This document shows, piece by piece, positions 1-12,027 of a DNA stretch of 64,000 nt. Below the pieces are notes generated by a model that searched no databases, was not told the origin of the DNA, and saw only the letters and a list, made by a program, of their open reading frames with translations. Source of the DNA: Azolla caroliniana (Eukaryota; Plantae; Polypodiophyta); the NCBI GenBank assembly GCA_043228905.1, contig JBHGNT010000021.1, forward strand, positions 3,658,001-3,722,000, read 5' to 3'. Numbering within the stretch: position 1 is the stretch's first letter; each line of letters opens with the position of its first letter. Both the position numbers and the translations under genes were made by a program.

Positions 1-1
1 A

Positions 2-2014
2 ACCCCAGCATCTAGTGTGGCACCCAAAGGCAAAAGGAAGGCTGGTGCCGATGAATCAAAATCTGGTCCACCTGCAAGTTCTAAGAAAGTCAAAGCAGAA
101 ACTACACAAGAGGTTAAATGCTATAACTCTATCAGTATAAAAACACCAAAGTATCCCTAACCTTATGGATGTTGACTAGAGTACCCCCTAAGTCTCCAAA
201 CGTACCAAACTCCTGTTTTGTAATGCACAAATTTATTACTTCAGTGGACTATTCTGCTGATTCTTAAAACTTTTCAGGATATTCTGAACTTCTGGTAAAA
301 TGTCAATTGAAGACTTCATTCTAAGGATCCAGAATTTTTTTCTATAGCAGGATGCCAAGCTTTTGAAAAAAGAATCTTCTGTATCCACATTGTCATCAAC
401 ATCAACAACCAAGGGAATTGTGTCACCTGCCAAAGGTGGAGGTGCAATGCAAACAAAAACTGGCTCCCAAGTGCTTGGAGGGGTCACTGAAGAAGATGTA
501 AAGGCAGTGCTGAAGCAATCTGGACCTATTAAGAGTCACGACCTGGTCAACAAGTTCAAAAGTAGATTGATGACAGCTGAGGTTAGTTTTAAGGATAAAA
601 AAGGCCTTAATATAGTTTCGTTTTTGTATGTTGTTGATGGTTACTGTGTAAATATTGTTGGGATGCATTCAGATCAGTGTTCTATGCTTGTGCATGGCTT
701 CCTTTAGAGCCATATAAGATTTTGTATGTGTGTGCATATTTAAGATACCATTCATATTATCTTTTTCTTCCAAAGGTGACACTAACAAATTCTCTATTTT
801 TAGTTAGAGAAAGAAAGAGAGAGATATATTAACATCTTTTAATAGGCCAAAATGGCCTATAAGACCAAACAAGAGATTACATCTTATCAGAACATTTAAG
901 ATTCTCAGATCAAAAAAATTGTAATTTTTGTTTTTGAAAGGTCTCTAGTCTAGGTTGATCCAGAATGTAAAGGTCTCTGAAGCAAGGGAAGCACCTGCAA
1001 TAGCGGGAGATAATAGCCTTTATCTGTCAATGACAAAGGGTGAGATCGTGGTCCATGAGGCCAGGCCCTACATGCACGACAACTTGCTCTTGCCCGATCT
1101 ATTGTAGCCACTTTGTTATGTCCTGGTTGGGAACCCATTTCTGTGGCCCTTGATTTGAGTGATGGGGCTAAAGAATGTTGTGATTGTCCTTTGTTGATGA
1201 GTTTGTGTAGCTGTACTGTTGTCCTTCAACAACTTTTCCCTGTGTCTCTTGTGTTCTAGCAAGAAAAGACTAAGCATCTTTTGTCCTCATATTCCATTAC
1301 CTTCCATATTGGGTCAAAGCCTTGGTTAAAGAGGCAATGGTATCTCCCTCTTATTTCATAAAAAACGCTACAGGATAAACATAGTGATGAAGTTCGCAGC
1401 TGCCCTATCACACTGTGCAGTGCATAGGATAGATGTATGTCCATATAAACGAGAAAGATACACTAAGGCTCCTAGAGCCCAAAATTGGCCTATGAGACAA
1501 ATCATGATTACAAATATGGGTGAATTCATGTCATCCCTAAGAAAACAAGAATAAAATTTCTAGGTTTCCTAGAGCTATGATCAATATCTGAATGCATGTG
1601 GTGGAATGATTCTGAGATGTTCTACAAGCAAGAAGGAGAGATATCTTGTTCACGGATACATGGATTTTATCATGCAACTATTTAGGACTGCTCTTCTAAA
1701 TTCTTTGGGCCTATTCCCATGAATATGTAAGGTTCATTCATGCATAAACCTTTCACATACGTATGGATTATCTCCATCTACATATTTGCTTACATTCCTT
1801 TAAACAAACCTTAGCATACAACAGCAACTGAGCTTTTCCCCAATATATGGGTGGCATATGGAATAGTTCGTTAGTTTTATGATGTAGTTATGAACAATTA
1901 TGTAGTTTTGCGATGTATATGCAGGATAAAGCAGCTTTTGCTGGTGTGCTGAAGAATATATCAAGGATCCATAAAACAAATGCAGGGAACTTTATTGTAC
2001 TACGGGAGAAATAA
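2..2014 (+). CDS. RAP74: Transcription initiation factor IIF large subunit (RAP74/TFIIF-alpha), 3' part only; exons <2-112, 351-581, 1925-2014
   Basis: Three phase-0 exons with GT-AG introns splice to ...GVTEEDVKAVLKQSGPIKSHDLVNKFKSRLMTAE|DKAAFAGVLKNISRIHKTNAGNFIVLREK*, matching the C-terminal winged helix of plant RAP74. The gene is truncated by the window start. Confidence 0.85.
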
Positions 2015-4155
2015 GCAGAGTAATAATTGTGCCTGAAATATGTATTTTCGACCCGGACCCAAATTGGAAAAGATTGCTGATCACTACTTGTTAAACAAAG
2101 CAAGTTGATTCTCATGCTAATACATTAATGGATCAGAGTATTTGTCAGGAGTTGAAAGAATGCTAACAATAGGTAAACCTAACAGTTCGTAAATGTAATG
2201 TCGATTTGGTTTTTTCTGAGGTAAAACATCTATATCACAACTTGGTCTCCGGCATCCCAATTTTTGGAATTATACATATAACATGGCTTTTATACATATC
2301 CTTGCATTCTGTTTTGACTATTTTTTATTTGCAATTTAACTAATCACTGAATATATGGAGCGACCACACAAAATATGGATTCTCTTTGGCTTCATTGTAT
2401 AAGGCAACAATATCAGGCAAGTATAATAGAAGCTTACAATATCAGGCAACAAATATTTTCATGTTGATTGTGCTACAAAAAGCCAAATCATGCACCCCAC
2501 ACTTTTATTGATTGGCATAATATGTTGCCTGATGTATGAAAAGTTTTGTTCTATTCATTGAGAAATTATGATTCTGCATGAACTGATCCAGAACCAAACC
2601 CTCATAATTTTCTTGGTATGGGAACCTTGGCGAAAACTTGCATGGTATCAAATCACTGTGTGAGTCTGTAAAAGGTATATTATGTCTGTTTTATAAATGG
2701 TTATGCAAAATATAATGTCTATCGTAGTGTCGGCTGTGTTTTATTAAGCCCAAGATGGCTTAATTTACAGAATCTTAGCTTTAAACCTATCTCGTTTGGA
2801 AGTGATGGTACTTTGGTTAAGGGACATAATAGTTGCATCATGAAGATACCTGATTGTCAAATTCCTCTCAGTTGTCAGTGGACCTGTTGTACTGTTTGAT
2901 TGATTGTTGTTGACGGATTGCTTTGAAAATAAAAGTAAGATTTTAACTGTGGGGGGTATACAGCTACTGTTCTCACCAAGGGCCCTGAAAGTGTGATATT
3001 GTGCTCTCAGTTAAAAAAGTAAATACATCACTACACTCACTGAAGGGAACGACATTAATTTCGTGACGCCAATTATTTAAAGATTGTGTTCCAATAATTA
3101 ATGAATACTTAATTATTATATTTTATGGAATGCAAGGCTTGAACATGAAATATTTTATAAAATGTGGGTTTAAAGAATCTTTATTTTGTTTCGCCGCATC
3201 TCTCATATGAAGTATGGTGGCATGTTGAATTGAGTGGAAAGTGCTTTGTGAGTCTACCCACATAGGCAAACCAATAAGATACCCATAACATTTGGGATAT
3301 AATACATATAAGAACATCCCTTAGTTTGTGAGAATGTGCTATAGCTTCATACTAATTATTTTATAGCTTATTGCGAATCTAGTAATTGTTCAAAAGGCTA
3401 GGCGTATTTTGTGGTCTTGCCCAAAATAAAATTGAATTATAGGTATTTCATCTTATGCCTACCTTGTAAGAACCATAACATAAATTTGTCTTGAGTTTCC
3501 AATGTGCAATTGTAATGTTTCGACAATATCTCACATAATGCTCTCTTTTAGATGGTTTATTCCAACTAAAAAAACAGGACATTATTTCCCTTAACAATCA
3601 GCAAAAGAGTTCTTTACGTGATACAAAGAATCCAACCATAGACACGATGAAAAACCTACATGACACACTTTCTCAATACACAACAATGTTCACAACATTC
3701 CATACACTTACGATGAAGAAACCATCCATGCACCGAGACGAAGAAACGATTGCAATGCCTCGTCCATCCATCACACGCCATGTTTGATGCGATCGTTAGT
3801 GATTCTCGGTTTGCTGGTCGTAGTGTGGTTTCTGCTACACACGCTCGTTGACAAACATGAAGCGTTCTGGAGCCATGAAGAGATAGAGCACAAATGTGTC
3901 TCTTCGTCGACAAGCATTCTTCGGCATTTGTCCTAGAAGACGGCCCTCATTGTTGAGAGTTTGGAGTAAGCCTATGGTTTGTGTGGAGTAAGAATCCCCT
4001 CCCCGCCCCCCCAAGGGGCAGTTTCTCGAATTTTCAAAAACCAAAAACCCTCCTGCGTCTATCTATCTATCTATCTATGTATGTATTTGCGTTTCGATCG
4101 GTCGCGGGTTCGAATCCCGCTCAGAACGAGTTTGCGTGCGATCCATCTTCTCGCC

Positions 4156-6939
4156 ATGGCTCCAGCAGCAGCAGCAGCAGCAGCAGCAGAAGGAGACGAC
4201 GCAGAAGCAGACGGAAATGCCGACGATCATCCGCTCCCTGTACATTCCTCCTTCGATCCTCCTCTATCCCTTCTCCAGGAGCTTTCCGCAGAACGAGAAG
4301 CGCGGAAAGCTGCCGAGGCCTCCAGGTATGACCTTCAGGTTGCTTTCTCTCGCCTCAAGACCTTCGCGCTCGAAGCCGTTCGTCAGAGAGACGACGCCGT
4401 AAGGCTCAGATGTGAGGTTGAATCGTCGAAGGAAGACTTTGAGCAGAGACTCGGTGAAGCTTTACGATGGAGGAATGAGGCATTTCAGCAGAGAGATGAG
4501 GCGTTTCAGCAGAGGAATGACGCAATTAAGGAGAGAGATGAGGCTCTCAGACAGAGAAACGAAGCTTTTGGATCATTAGAGGAGGCTTATTTGCATAAGG
4601 ATATTGCGATTCATGGCAGAGATAACTCTAGATCTGATATTGAAATTGCTACGAAATTGCTTGTTGCTGGAGCGGATCTCATTACTACTAGGGTTTCTTG
4701 TGTTAAGAGGTTTCCTAATACACTTCCCAGGTCTTCTTCGTACACAGGTCTTTCTGCCATTGCTTATGGTTTCTCAAAAAGGTCTGAAGAGATTGTGAAC
4801 GAGTTGCTCAGCCAATATGATAGCGCTGTTAAAAAAAACTATGCCTTCTCAGAGCAGATGGATCGTCAACATAACCAGATTAATCTTAAGGTTTCTGAAC
4901 TAGAGTCCACCATTGCGGTTTTAGAAGGAAATCTATCAAAAAAGACATTGGAAGTTGAGAAATGTCGAGAGTTAATTGCAGAAAAAGAAGAAAAAATCTT
5001 GGAGATTGAACGAATTGCATCACAGAAGATTGTTGAAGATGGAAATGAAAGCCTCAAGCTAGCAAATGCATTAAGGCTCGTGGAATCAAAGGCAGAAAAT
5101 GTGAAAGTATCTAGCCATGAGTTGTCACAATTGATTTCAAAGATACATGAGATGATAGCAAGTTATGCAAACGTATTTTTCCCTGTTCATTTCCATTCAA
5201 CCGCTGAAGCTTCTACGGTTGATGAGGCTGATGAGTGCATTCGTGATTCCATCGATAGATTGAATGAGATTCTGAAACTTTTCTCTAAACTAGCAGCAAC
5301 TTGGGAGGAACAATTAGAGTTGAGGAAAAAGGCTTTAGAGGATACCGAAGGAACTATATCCAGACTTATAGTGGAAAAGAAGGAAATCACAAATTTCCTT
5401 GAAAGTGCGATCGCAGTGAAACAAGAGATGCTGGAAGCATTTTCCAAGCTTAGTTTGGACAGTAACCACAATTTAAATACAAAAACCAAGAACAGGGATA
5501 CAAGAAAAGAGACTATTTCAGGAACCGAGAACTCGCTCAATGAAGAGCTCAAAGTAGAGACATCTGGCAGGGTATGCAATGGTTTTATCATAAGAAACTT
5601 CGTTATGAAATCTGTCTCAGTATTTCTAATTGCCTTTTTTTGTCTGGTTTAAACAGATAGCTGCATTAGAGGATAGTTTAAAGAAGTCGAGACAAGAAAT
5701 CTTTGAACTCCAACGTTTATTAGCTGTCTCCAGGTTTTCTATTGCTTAGATAGCAAAATAATGTTCTATCAAACCATTCTTTCTATTTACGAGTAACCTT
5801 GGATTTGACAATGGACAGGGGTGAGGTGGAATGGTTACGAATAACTTTGGAACGCCATGTAAAAGAATTATCAGTCAAGGGTGATAAAATTAAAGACTTT
5901 GAAGAGGAAAGGCTCCTTGTAGAAGAAACTGTATGGAATTGCTTGATTTTAAGAACTTGAGAAACTATTGTCTTGAAGGTTGAATCAAGAAACTAAATTT
6001 CATTTTGTAATTATGTGGCTTTGAAGATTAATAGTTTCAAGAGAGACTTGGCAGCAGCAGAAGAAAACATATTGCTTTGGAAGCAAGCTGCTACAAAAGA
6101 AGCCGAGTCTGGAGCCCATATGCTTGAGGAGTTGGAGAAATGCCAAGAACAAGTAAGTTCAGCAGAAAGATAGTAAAATTTCAAGGATATATTTCATTTT
6201 TAATAATTATGGACAAAATGTGGAAATGGTGTATGTTGATTTGCTGACATGATGAGATTCACTTTATCCATTGATTCAAGTTGCATAACCTAGAGTGTGC
6301 ATAGAATACGCCATCTAGATAGATAGCACATAGTGCAAGTTCATGCACCAGGATAAATGAAATTTAATTTAGAGGAACATAATTCGTATTAGGCGATGAA
6401 ATCTTGTACACGTGAAATAATGTAATGGGTATATTATCCTCTTCTATTTGCATGCTTATGATTCTCTCACATTCCTTGTACAGATTCTTGCCCTTTTTGT
6501 GCAGAATTATGTTCCCTTTGATTTCTTAATTTTTAAGTTTCAGAACATCCTTCCTGTGTGCTGATGATGGTAATGAAACCTTCACCAGACTGCTGTCCTC
6601 AAGGAGCAAATACGACAGCTCAACTATGCATTGGAAGATTCCAAGAGCAAGCTTCGGTCAAAAGAGGAGATGGCAACTACTGCCATAGCTGCACGTAGTG
6701 CTGCAGAACGTTCTCTTCAGATTGCGGACGACCGTGCATTAGAATTAAGGAAGAAGATTGAAGTTATGACAAGACAGTTTGAGCTCTTGGATGGAATAGA
6801 TGATGGGATTACTTCTGTAGGATGGCTGGATGCATGTTGGCCATATAAACGGCAAAGTAATAGGATTTCTCAGACAAAAGGCAATCGAAATGGCCGGTTT
6901 GGAGCTGAAATGGAAAAGCTTTTGGAGCCATTTGTATAG
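4156..6939 (+). CDS. Long coiled-coil protein (uncharacterised plant paramyosin-like family, At3g49055/At1g24560-like); exons 4156-5571, 5657-5733, 5819-5930, 6027-6152, 6589-6939
   Basis: ATG in GCCATGG context at 4156 and in-frame GT-AG junctions. Motifs AEREARKAAE, LPRSSSYTGLSAIAYG, WKQAATKEAESG, KLRSKEEMATTAIAARSAAERSLQIADDRA, CWP and a terminal EMEKLLEPFV resemble this family as I recall it. Confidence 0.75.
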
Positions 6940-7529
6940 CTGTAAAATGAGTTACATGTATAAAAGTTACATGATCATGAATAATATAAATACAATTTGT
7001 GGAATGCCTGTCATGCAATATATCATATCAAACTGTTAAGAGAGTCAGACTGTTGTATAGTTGAGTAAAGTCTACTTATTGTCACAGAAGGCATGTGCAT
7101 TATTTGGAAGCCAATTTATTTTATGTTTCATTGATCCAAGACTAGGTATATTACATACTTTTTCTGTGGTTGCCAAGGCTACTAGAGGATGACAGTTTAT
7201 GAAATCACAGTTGATAACAAAGGTAGATAAAAGAAATCATGAAAATAACCTCTGGAAACTTGGATGTGGAAATTTTCATTAGAAAGACGTCCGGTCCGGG
7301 AAGCAGAACATAAAGACTAGATACTGTCTCCTTCCCAAATCCATGGATATAAAGCATGCTTGCTTGGCTAGATACAGAGAGATATTTATTCTGGTATTCT
7401 GATACTTATCTGGGCTGCAGAGAGGTATGAATTCTGATATTCTGATACTTATCAATAAACTAGAGTAGTGCGTCAGTGGCAAAGAATGAAGTCATATGCA
7501 ATATATCATCATGTTGAGCATTGCAATGT

Positions 7530-7660
7530 CAATTAAGTTTTTGTATAAAGCTGATTGCAGGAATAAGTGTTAAGTACTCACTATACTAACCAAACACAAT
7601 TAAGTTTTTGTATAAAGCTGATTGCAGGAATAAGTGTAAGTACTCACTAGACTAACCAAA
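7530..7660. repeat. 67-bp tandem duplication (2 copies)
   Basis: CAATTAAGTTTTTGTATAAAGCTGATTGCAGGAATAAGTG...CTAACCAAA starts at both 7530 and 7597. Confidence 0.9.
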
Positions 7661-9406
7661 GATGTTATCCTCTGGGTACAGATAAAGAGAAGAATAGTAT
7701 TAAAGATGAGTTCAACACAATCAACCCAATTGAAGCAAATTACAAGCATGGGTCTAAAAGGAAGAAATGGCATGGCATATCACCAAGCATGTTAGTTCCA
7801 TGAATTCTACATAACGAATTAATGACATCTTTCTCTCTTTGATTTCATAACCAGAAGTTTGAATAGGAAAATCCTAGGGTTTTATCTCTAGTTAAAGCTT
7901 CAAGTTCTCCTTTTCTTACATGTGATGCATGCACAGCCCCGCCAATTTCCTTTTACAACAAGCTCGTTCTCAACATACTTGGACAATGGGGTATACCTTG
8001 TGTTGGTGGAAGATGTAGTAGTCAGCTTCATAACTATGGTATCAGCACGAATAGTTGTGCAAGGATTTTTTAAAGTTTTAGTTGGAATTTGCTTTCATAA
8101 ACATGGTCTTAGCACAAATAGTTGCTCTATGCATCTAGCAACCTAATGAGCAAAAAGGGCATAGAGAAATTGCATGTATCACATTAGGGGTTCATTGACA
8201 CGTAAGGAAACTAGTAAGTAAACAAATCGAAGCACCCACAATATTGTTGCTTCTTGTGTAACATGCAAATGATCATGATGCCATTGATCATGGGCATCTA
8301 ACCTCCATTTGTTGTAGCCATTCTTACGCCTAACCAACTGATTACAAGCAACTAAATGAGTGAGTGACCATAAGCATGTATGTTGGTACCAATGTTTGAG
8401 ATTGTTCTAGACAGCTAGAACAAATGTGTCTAGACACTAAGATCAAATTAGTAGGGGAATCTTGTCAAGTGAGAAAGGACCAATTTAGAGAACCTTGTTG
8501 TTGACTGACTAAGTGCAAAGACCATACTAAGATGTAACATCTTTAGAAGTTTGTTCCCCAACATGGCCACCTATCATTGAGATCCAAGATCGGTGATGAA
8601 AAGACCACATCCTTGCTAATTGTATAGATCTCTCCCTTAGTTTGATTCCGAGTGTGCACTCACAATGTAGCTCCCATATCAAACAACATATCTTTCTGAC
8701 GACATCCTAATGGTTGTCATGTGACATGGTTCATTAATGGAATAAGTCAAATGTGGATCCAAAGTATTGGATATTTCCACAATCTAACTCATCTATTATG
8801 CGCTTCTAAGTGCATGATAATGCATAATGCATGACAATTCAAGACATGGTACTCATTGTACTACGTGTGGGCATCTAGCAACAATTCATTGAAATGCACT
8901 ATGTAGCAATGTTATCATCACCTAGGTTACCTCATCCTTACTCCCCATCACCAAGGCATGCACTTCAATTATGAGAAGAAAGAAAGAAGGATTATGGGAG
9001 ATGGTCTAATAAGGAGCAAACCATATCCTCTAGTTGTAGGAGGGTAAAATATGGTAATGATGTCATATGTCTTGGCTATAAGAAAAGAAATTTCATACAT
9101 ACATACATTATTACAATTTACATATATATATATATAGTCTATAGATATATGATTTGCTTTAGAAAGGAAAAGAATGTCGCCTAGTTTTTTAAACTTTTTG
9201 AGTTGGAGCTTCCCATGTATGTACTTACTATACATATTCATATTACAATGTAACTAGGGCACGTTCTTTACAGAACAAGAAGAGCATATGCCATAACATA
9301 TACACACAGAGTCATAGAAAGGAACAGAGCATTCCTCAAGGGCAGAGCAGAGAGAGAGAGAGCGAGAGAGAGAGAAGCAGAAGCAGAAGCAGAAGCGACT
9401 GATAGT

Positions 9407-10408
9407 ATGGGTGGTGGTTTACAGGGTTTTGTGGAGGGCGGGATGGCGTCGGTTGCAGCCGGCTGTGCCACTCACCCCCTGGATCTGATTAAGGTCAGAA
9501 TGCAACTCCAAGTATCACATCAGCCCTCCTTCACCGCCACCCATTCAGCCTTTGCCCTACAACCACAACCTTCTCAGCCTCTTCGTACTCCTCTCCACCC
9601 TTCTCCTTTTACACCTTACTCCTCCCACGGACCTTTCTCTATGGCCACCCGAATCATCCGCACAGAAGGTGTCCCCGCCCTCTTCTCCGGTGTCTCAGCA
9701 ACCATTCTACGCCAAACCCTCTACTCTTCTACACGTTTAGGAATATATGAAACCCTCACCGCTTACACACGGACCTCCACCAACAACCCTCTTCCCCATT
9801 CTGGACAGACTATGAAATTAATGAAGAAGATAGGGGCAGGAATTATAGCTGGCGGTGTTGGTGCAGCCATAGGAAATCCTGCGGATGTGGCATTAGTTCG
9901 AATGCAAGCCGATGGCCGGCTCCCATTTCATCTCCGACGGAACTATGCAGGAGTTGGTGATGCCCTCTTCACAATAGTTAAGCAAGAGGGGATACACACA
10001 CTGTGGAGGGGGTCCTCTCTCACCATCCAACGAGCCATGGTTGTTACTGCAGCCCAGCTCACCACCTATGATGAGGCAAAAGAACAGTTGTTAAGAAGCT
10101 CGGGGATGAAAGATGGAGTGCCTGTTCATATTGCTGCCAGTTTCTTGGCTGGCCTGGTTGCCTCAGCTGCTTCTAACCCGATTGATGTAATCAAGACCCG
10201 AATCATGAATATGAAAAGCGAGTGTGGCCCAGGCTCACCGATAACTTGCAGTGCTTTAGATTGTGCTATTAAGACCGTGAAATTGGAGGGTTTCATGTCT
10301 CTTTATAAGGGCTTCACCCCCACCGTCATGAGGCAGGGTCCATACACTGTGGTGCTTTTTGTCACTCTAGAGCAGATTAGGAAGTTGTTTGGGCAGCCCT
10401 CATCTTGA
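9407..10408 (+). CDS. DIC: Mitochondrial dicarboxylate carrier (DIC/UCP5-like, SLC25 family), intronless, 333 aa
   Basis: Three Px[D/E]xx[K/V]xR carrier signatures (PLDLIKVRMQ, PADVALVRMQ, PIDVIKTRIM), plus GFVEGGMASVAAGCATHP, ADGRLP...RRNY and RQGPYTVVLFVTLEQIRKL, all typical of plant DICs. Confidence 0.93.
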   Translation: MGGGLQGFVEGGMASVAAGCATHPLDLIKVRMQLQVSHQPSFTATHSAFALQPQPSQPLRTPLHPSPFTPYSSHGPFSMATRIIRTEGVPALFSGVSATILRQTLYSSTRLGIYETLTAYTRTSTNNPLPHSGQTMKLMKKIGAGIIAGGVGAAIGNPADVALVRMQADGRLPFHLRRNYAGVGDALFTIVKQEGIHTLWRGSSLTIQRAMVVTAAQLTTYDEAKEQLLRSSGMKDGVPVHIAASFLAGLVASAASNPIDVIKTRIMNMKSECGPGSPITCSALDCAIKTVKLEGFMSLYKGFTPTVMRQGPYTVVLFVTLEQIRKLFGQPSS

Positions 10409-12027
10409 TTTGGGAAGGGAACCTAGGGGTTCTGTGGATGAATTCATGTATACAATGAGGGATGTGTGCTTGTGGTGAATTCGTGCTTGTATGCATAAAA
10501 TTGTTTTTGTCACACTTAGGAGGGTAGTTGTCTGAGCAATTCTCATCTTGAGTTGTGAAACGAACTTCAATGGATGGGTGGCTGCATGGGTGCATTCAAT
10601 ATGTGGACGTGTTCATGTATGCAAAGGGAGGGGTTTTGCACTTAAGTGAATTTATATCCATGTTTAAATGGATATATACATGTAGAAGGATCCCATGTGT
10701 GAATGTATGGATGCATATTCATGCAGAGATGATAGAAGAAGAATGATAGACCGATTGCAGGATTCCTTTGAACATAACAAGTAGGTGTAGAAATAAACCC
10801 ATCTTTATATTAAATCTGCAAGTTATGGCAATTTTGGCAGAGAGCCATAATAATAATCTGTTCATCCATTATTTGAAATATGAGCCACATTGTAGATTCT
10901 TTTTACCCTTGAATGAAGTTTATAATTGCATGGACATGCCATGCAATACATGTACACCTTGGTATCTTCTTTGTCTATATTCCAGTACGTGTTATTGATA
11001 AAAAGCAATTGATCAATAATGTTGGTTTTTGATTGGCAATGTGCGTGCATGCTCTCCCTGTAGGACATTGCACACTTCTCCAAGAGAATCTGCATATTTT
11101 CCAATGGGTTGTATGTTATGTTTGTGGAACTTTCTGATTGATGAGCTTGATGTCATCTATAACTGATTCTTTTAAACTTTAATTAACTTGGATACAAGAA
11201 ATGTCAATGCTTAAGAATGAGACATTTCCAATAGAATAGTTTAATATCTTCTCTATGCTTCTCAAATGGAACACTTAGCACCATGATGTAAATTAACTTC
11301 TTATAGTGTAATATCTTCTCTATGCTTCTCTGATGTAAATTAACTTCTTATTGTGTAAGAAACTTGCAGAGAGCCATTTCATTTTCAACCACATTTTATC
11401 CAATGGGGTTTTGCTCTGTTTTGTTTACTCACTACAGATACCGAGATAACATAACAAGACCTGAAAACTAACATCTTCCAGATTCTCTAATTTCCAGACC
11501 CACACTCAGTTTGCTGTTAATTTTACCGAACTTCTAAAATGTGTCTGTGATCTTCCTGCTTTAAAGCACGGGCAACATTCGCATTACATAAAGAACGAAG
11601 AGCGGCCAGATGCATTTTAAAAATTTTACATTTGCATTACCACTTTTTTCGCAACGGATGCACATAAATGTTGTATATAAAGAGACTGGATCCATATCCA
11701 TCATTTGAAAATTTCCTGTCCCCATTATGAAATGAGTTAAATCGAATACATATCAAAAAAATATCTACTTCTGAGGATAAATAAACTAATCCACAGCCTG
11801 TTTAAAATCCAGGACTTCTCAAGACTACAAGGATATGATAAGATACATTAGCTCTTATCGCTCAAAATATAGTTTGACCAATTTCTCATGAGAGGAAACA
11901 TTCATGAACCCACGACCCCCTCTGAAACAGAACTTTCAGATGCCGATCCTCTGTAGGTGTGAAGACCCTTGCCAAGTAGAATAATAACAACAAGACTTCA
12001 ACAGATTTTGCCTATTGATAGTCCCAG

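Noticed and set aside
840-1515. Two similar short motifs (GGCCTAT.AGAC.AA.CA.GATTACA-like) in the last RAP74 intron, possibly LINE ends
   Set aside because: Too short and degenerate to assign to an element from sequence alone.
4060-4130. Complete tRNA gene around GGTTCGAATCC
   Set aside because: No A-box/D arm, anticodon arm or complementary acceptor stem. Only the T-arm is present, and that is reported as a finding.
3979-4155. N-terminal extension of the 557-aa ORF in the track
   Set aside because: It starts at a non-ATG codon and runs through a (CTAT)n microsatellite. The ATG at 4156 has strong context.
8030-8050. tRNA-Met primer-binding-site-like TGGTATCAG
   Set aside because: Only 9 nt match, with no identifiable LTR or gag-pol next to it.
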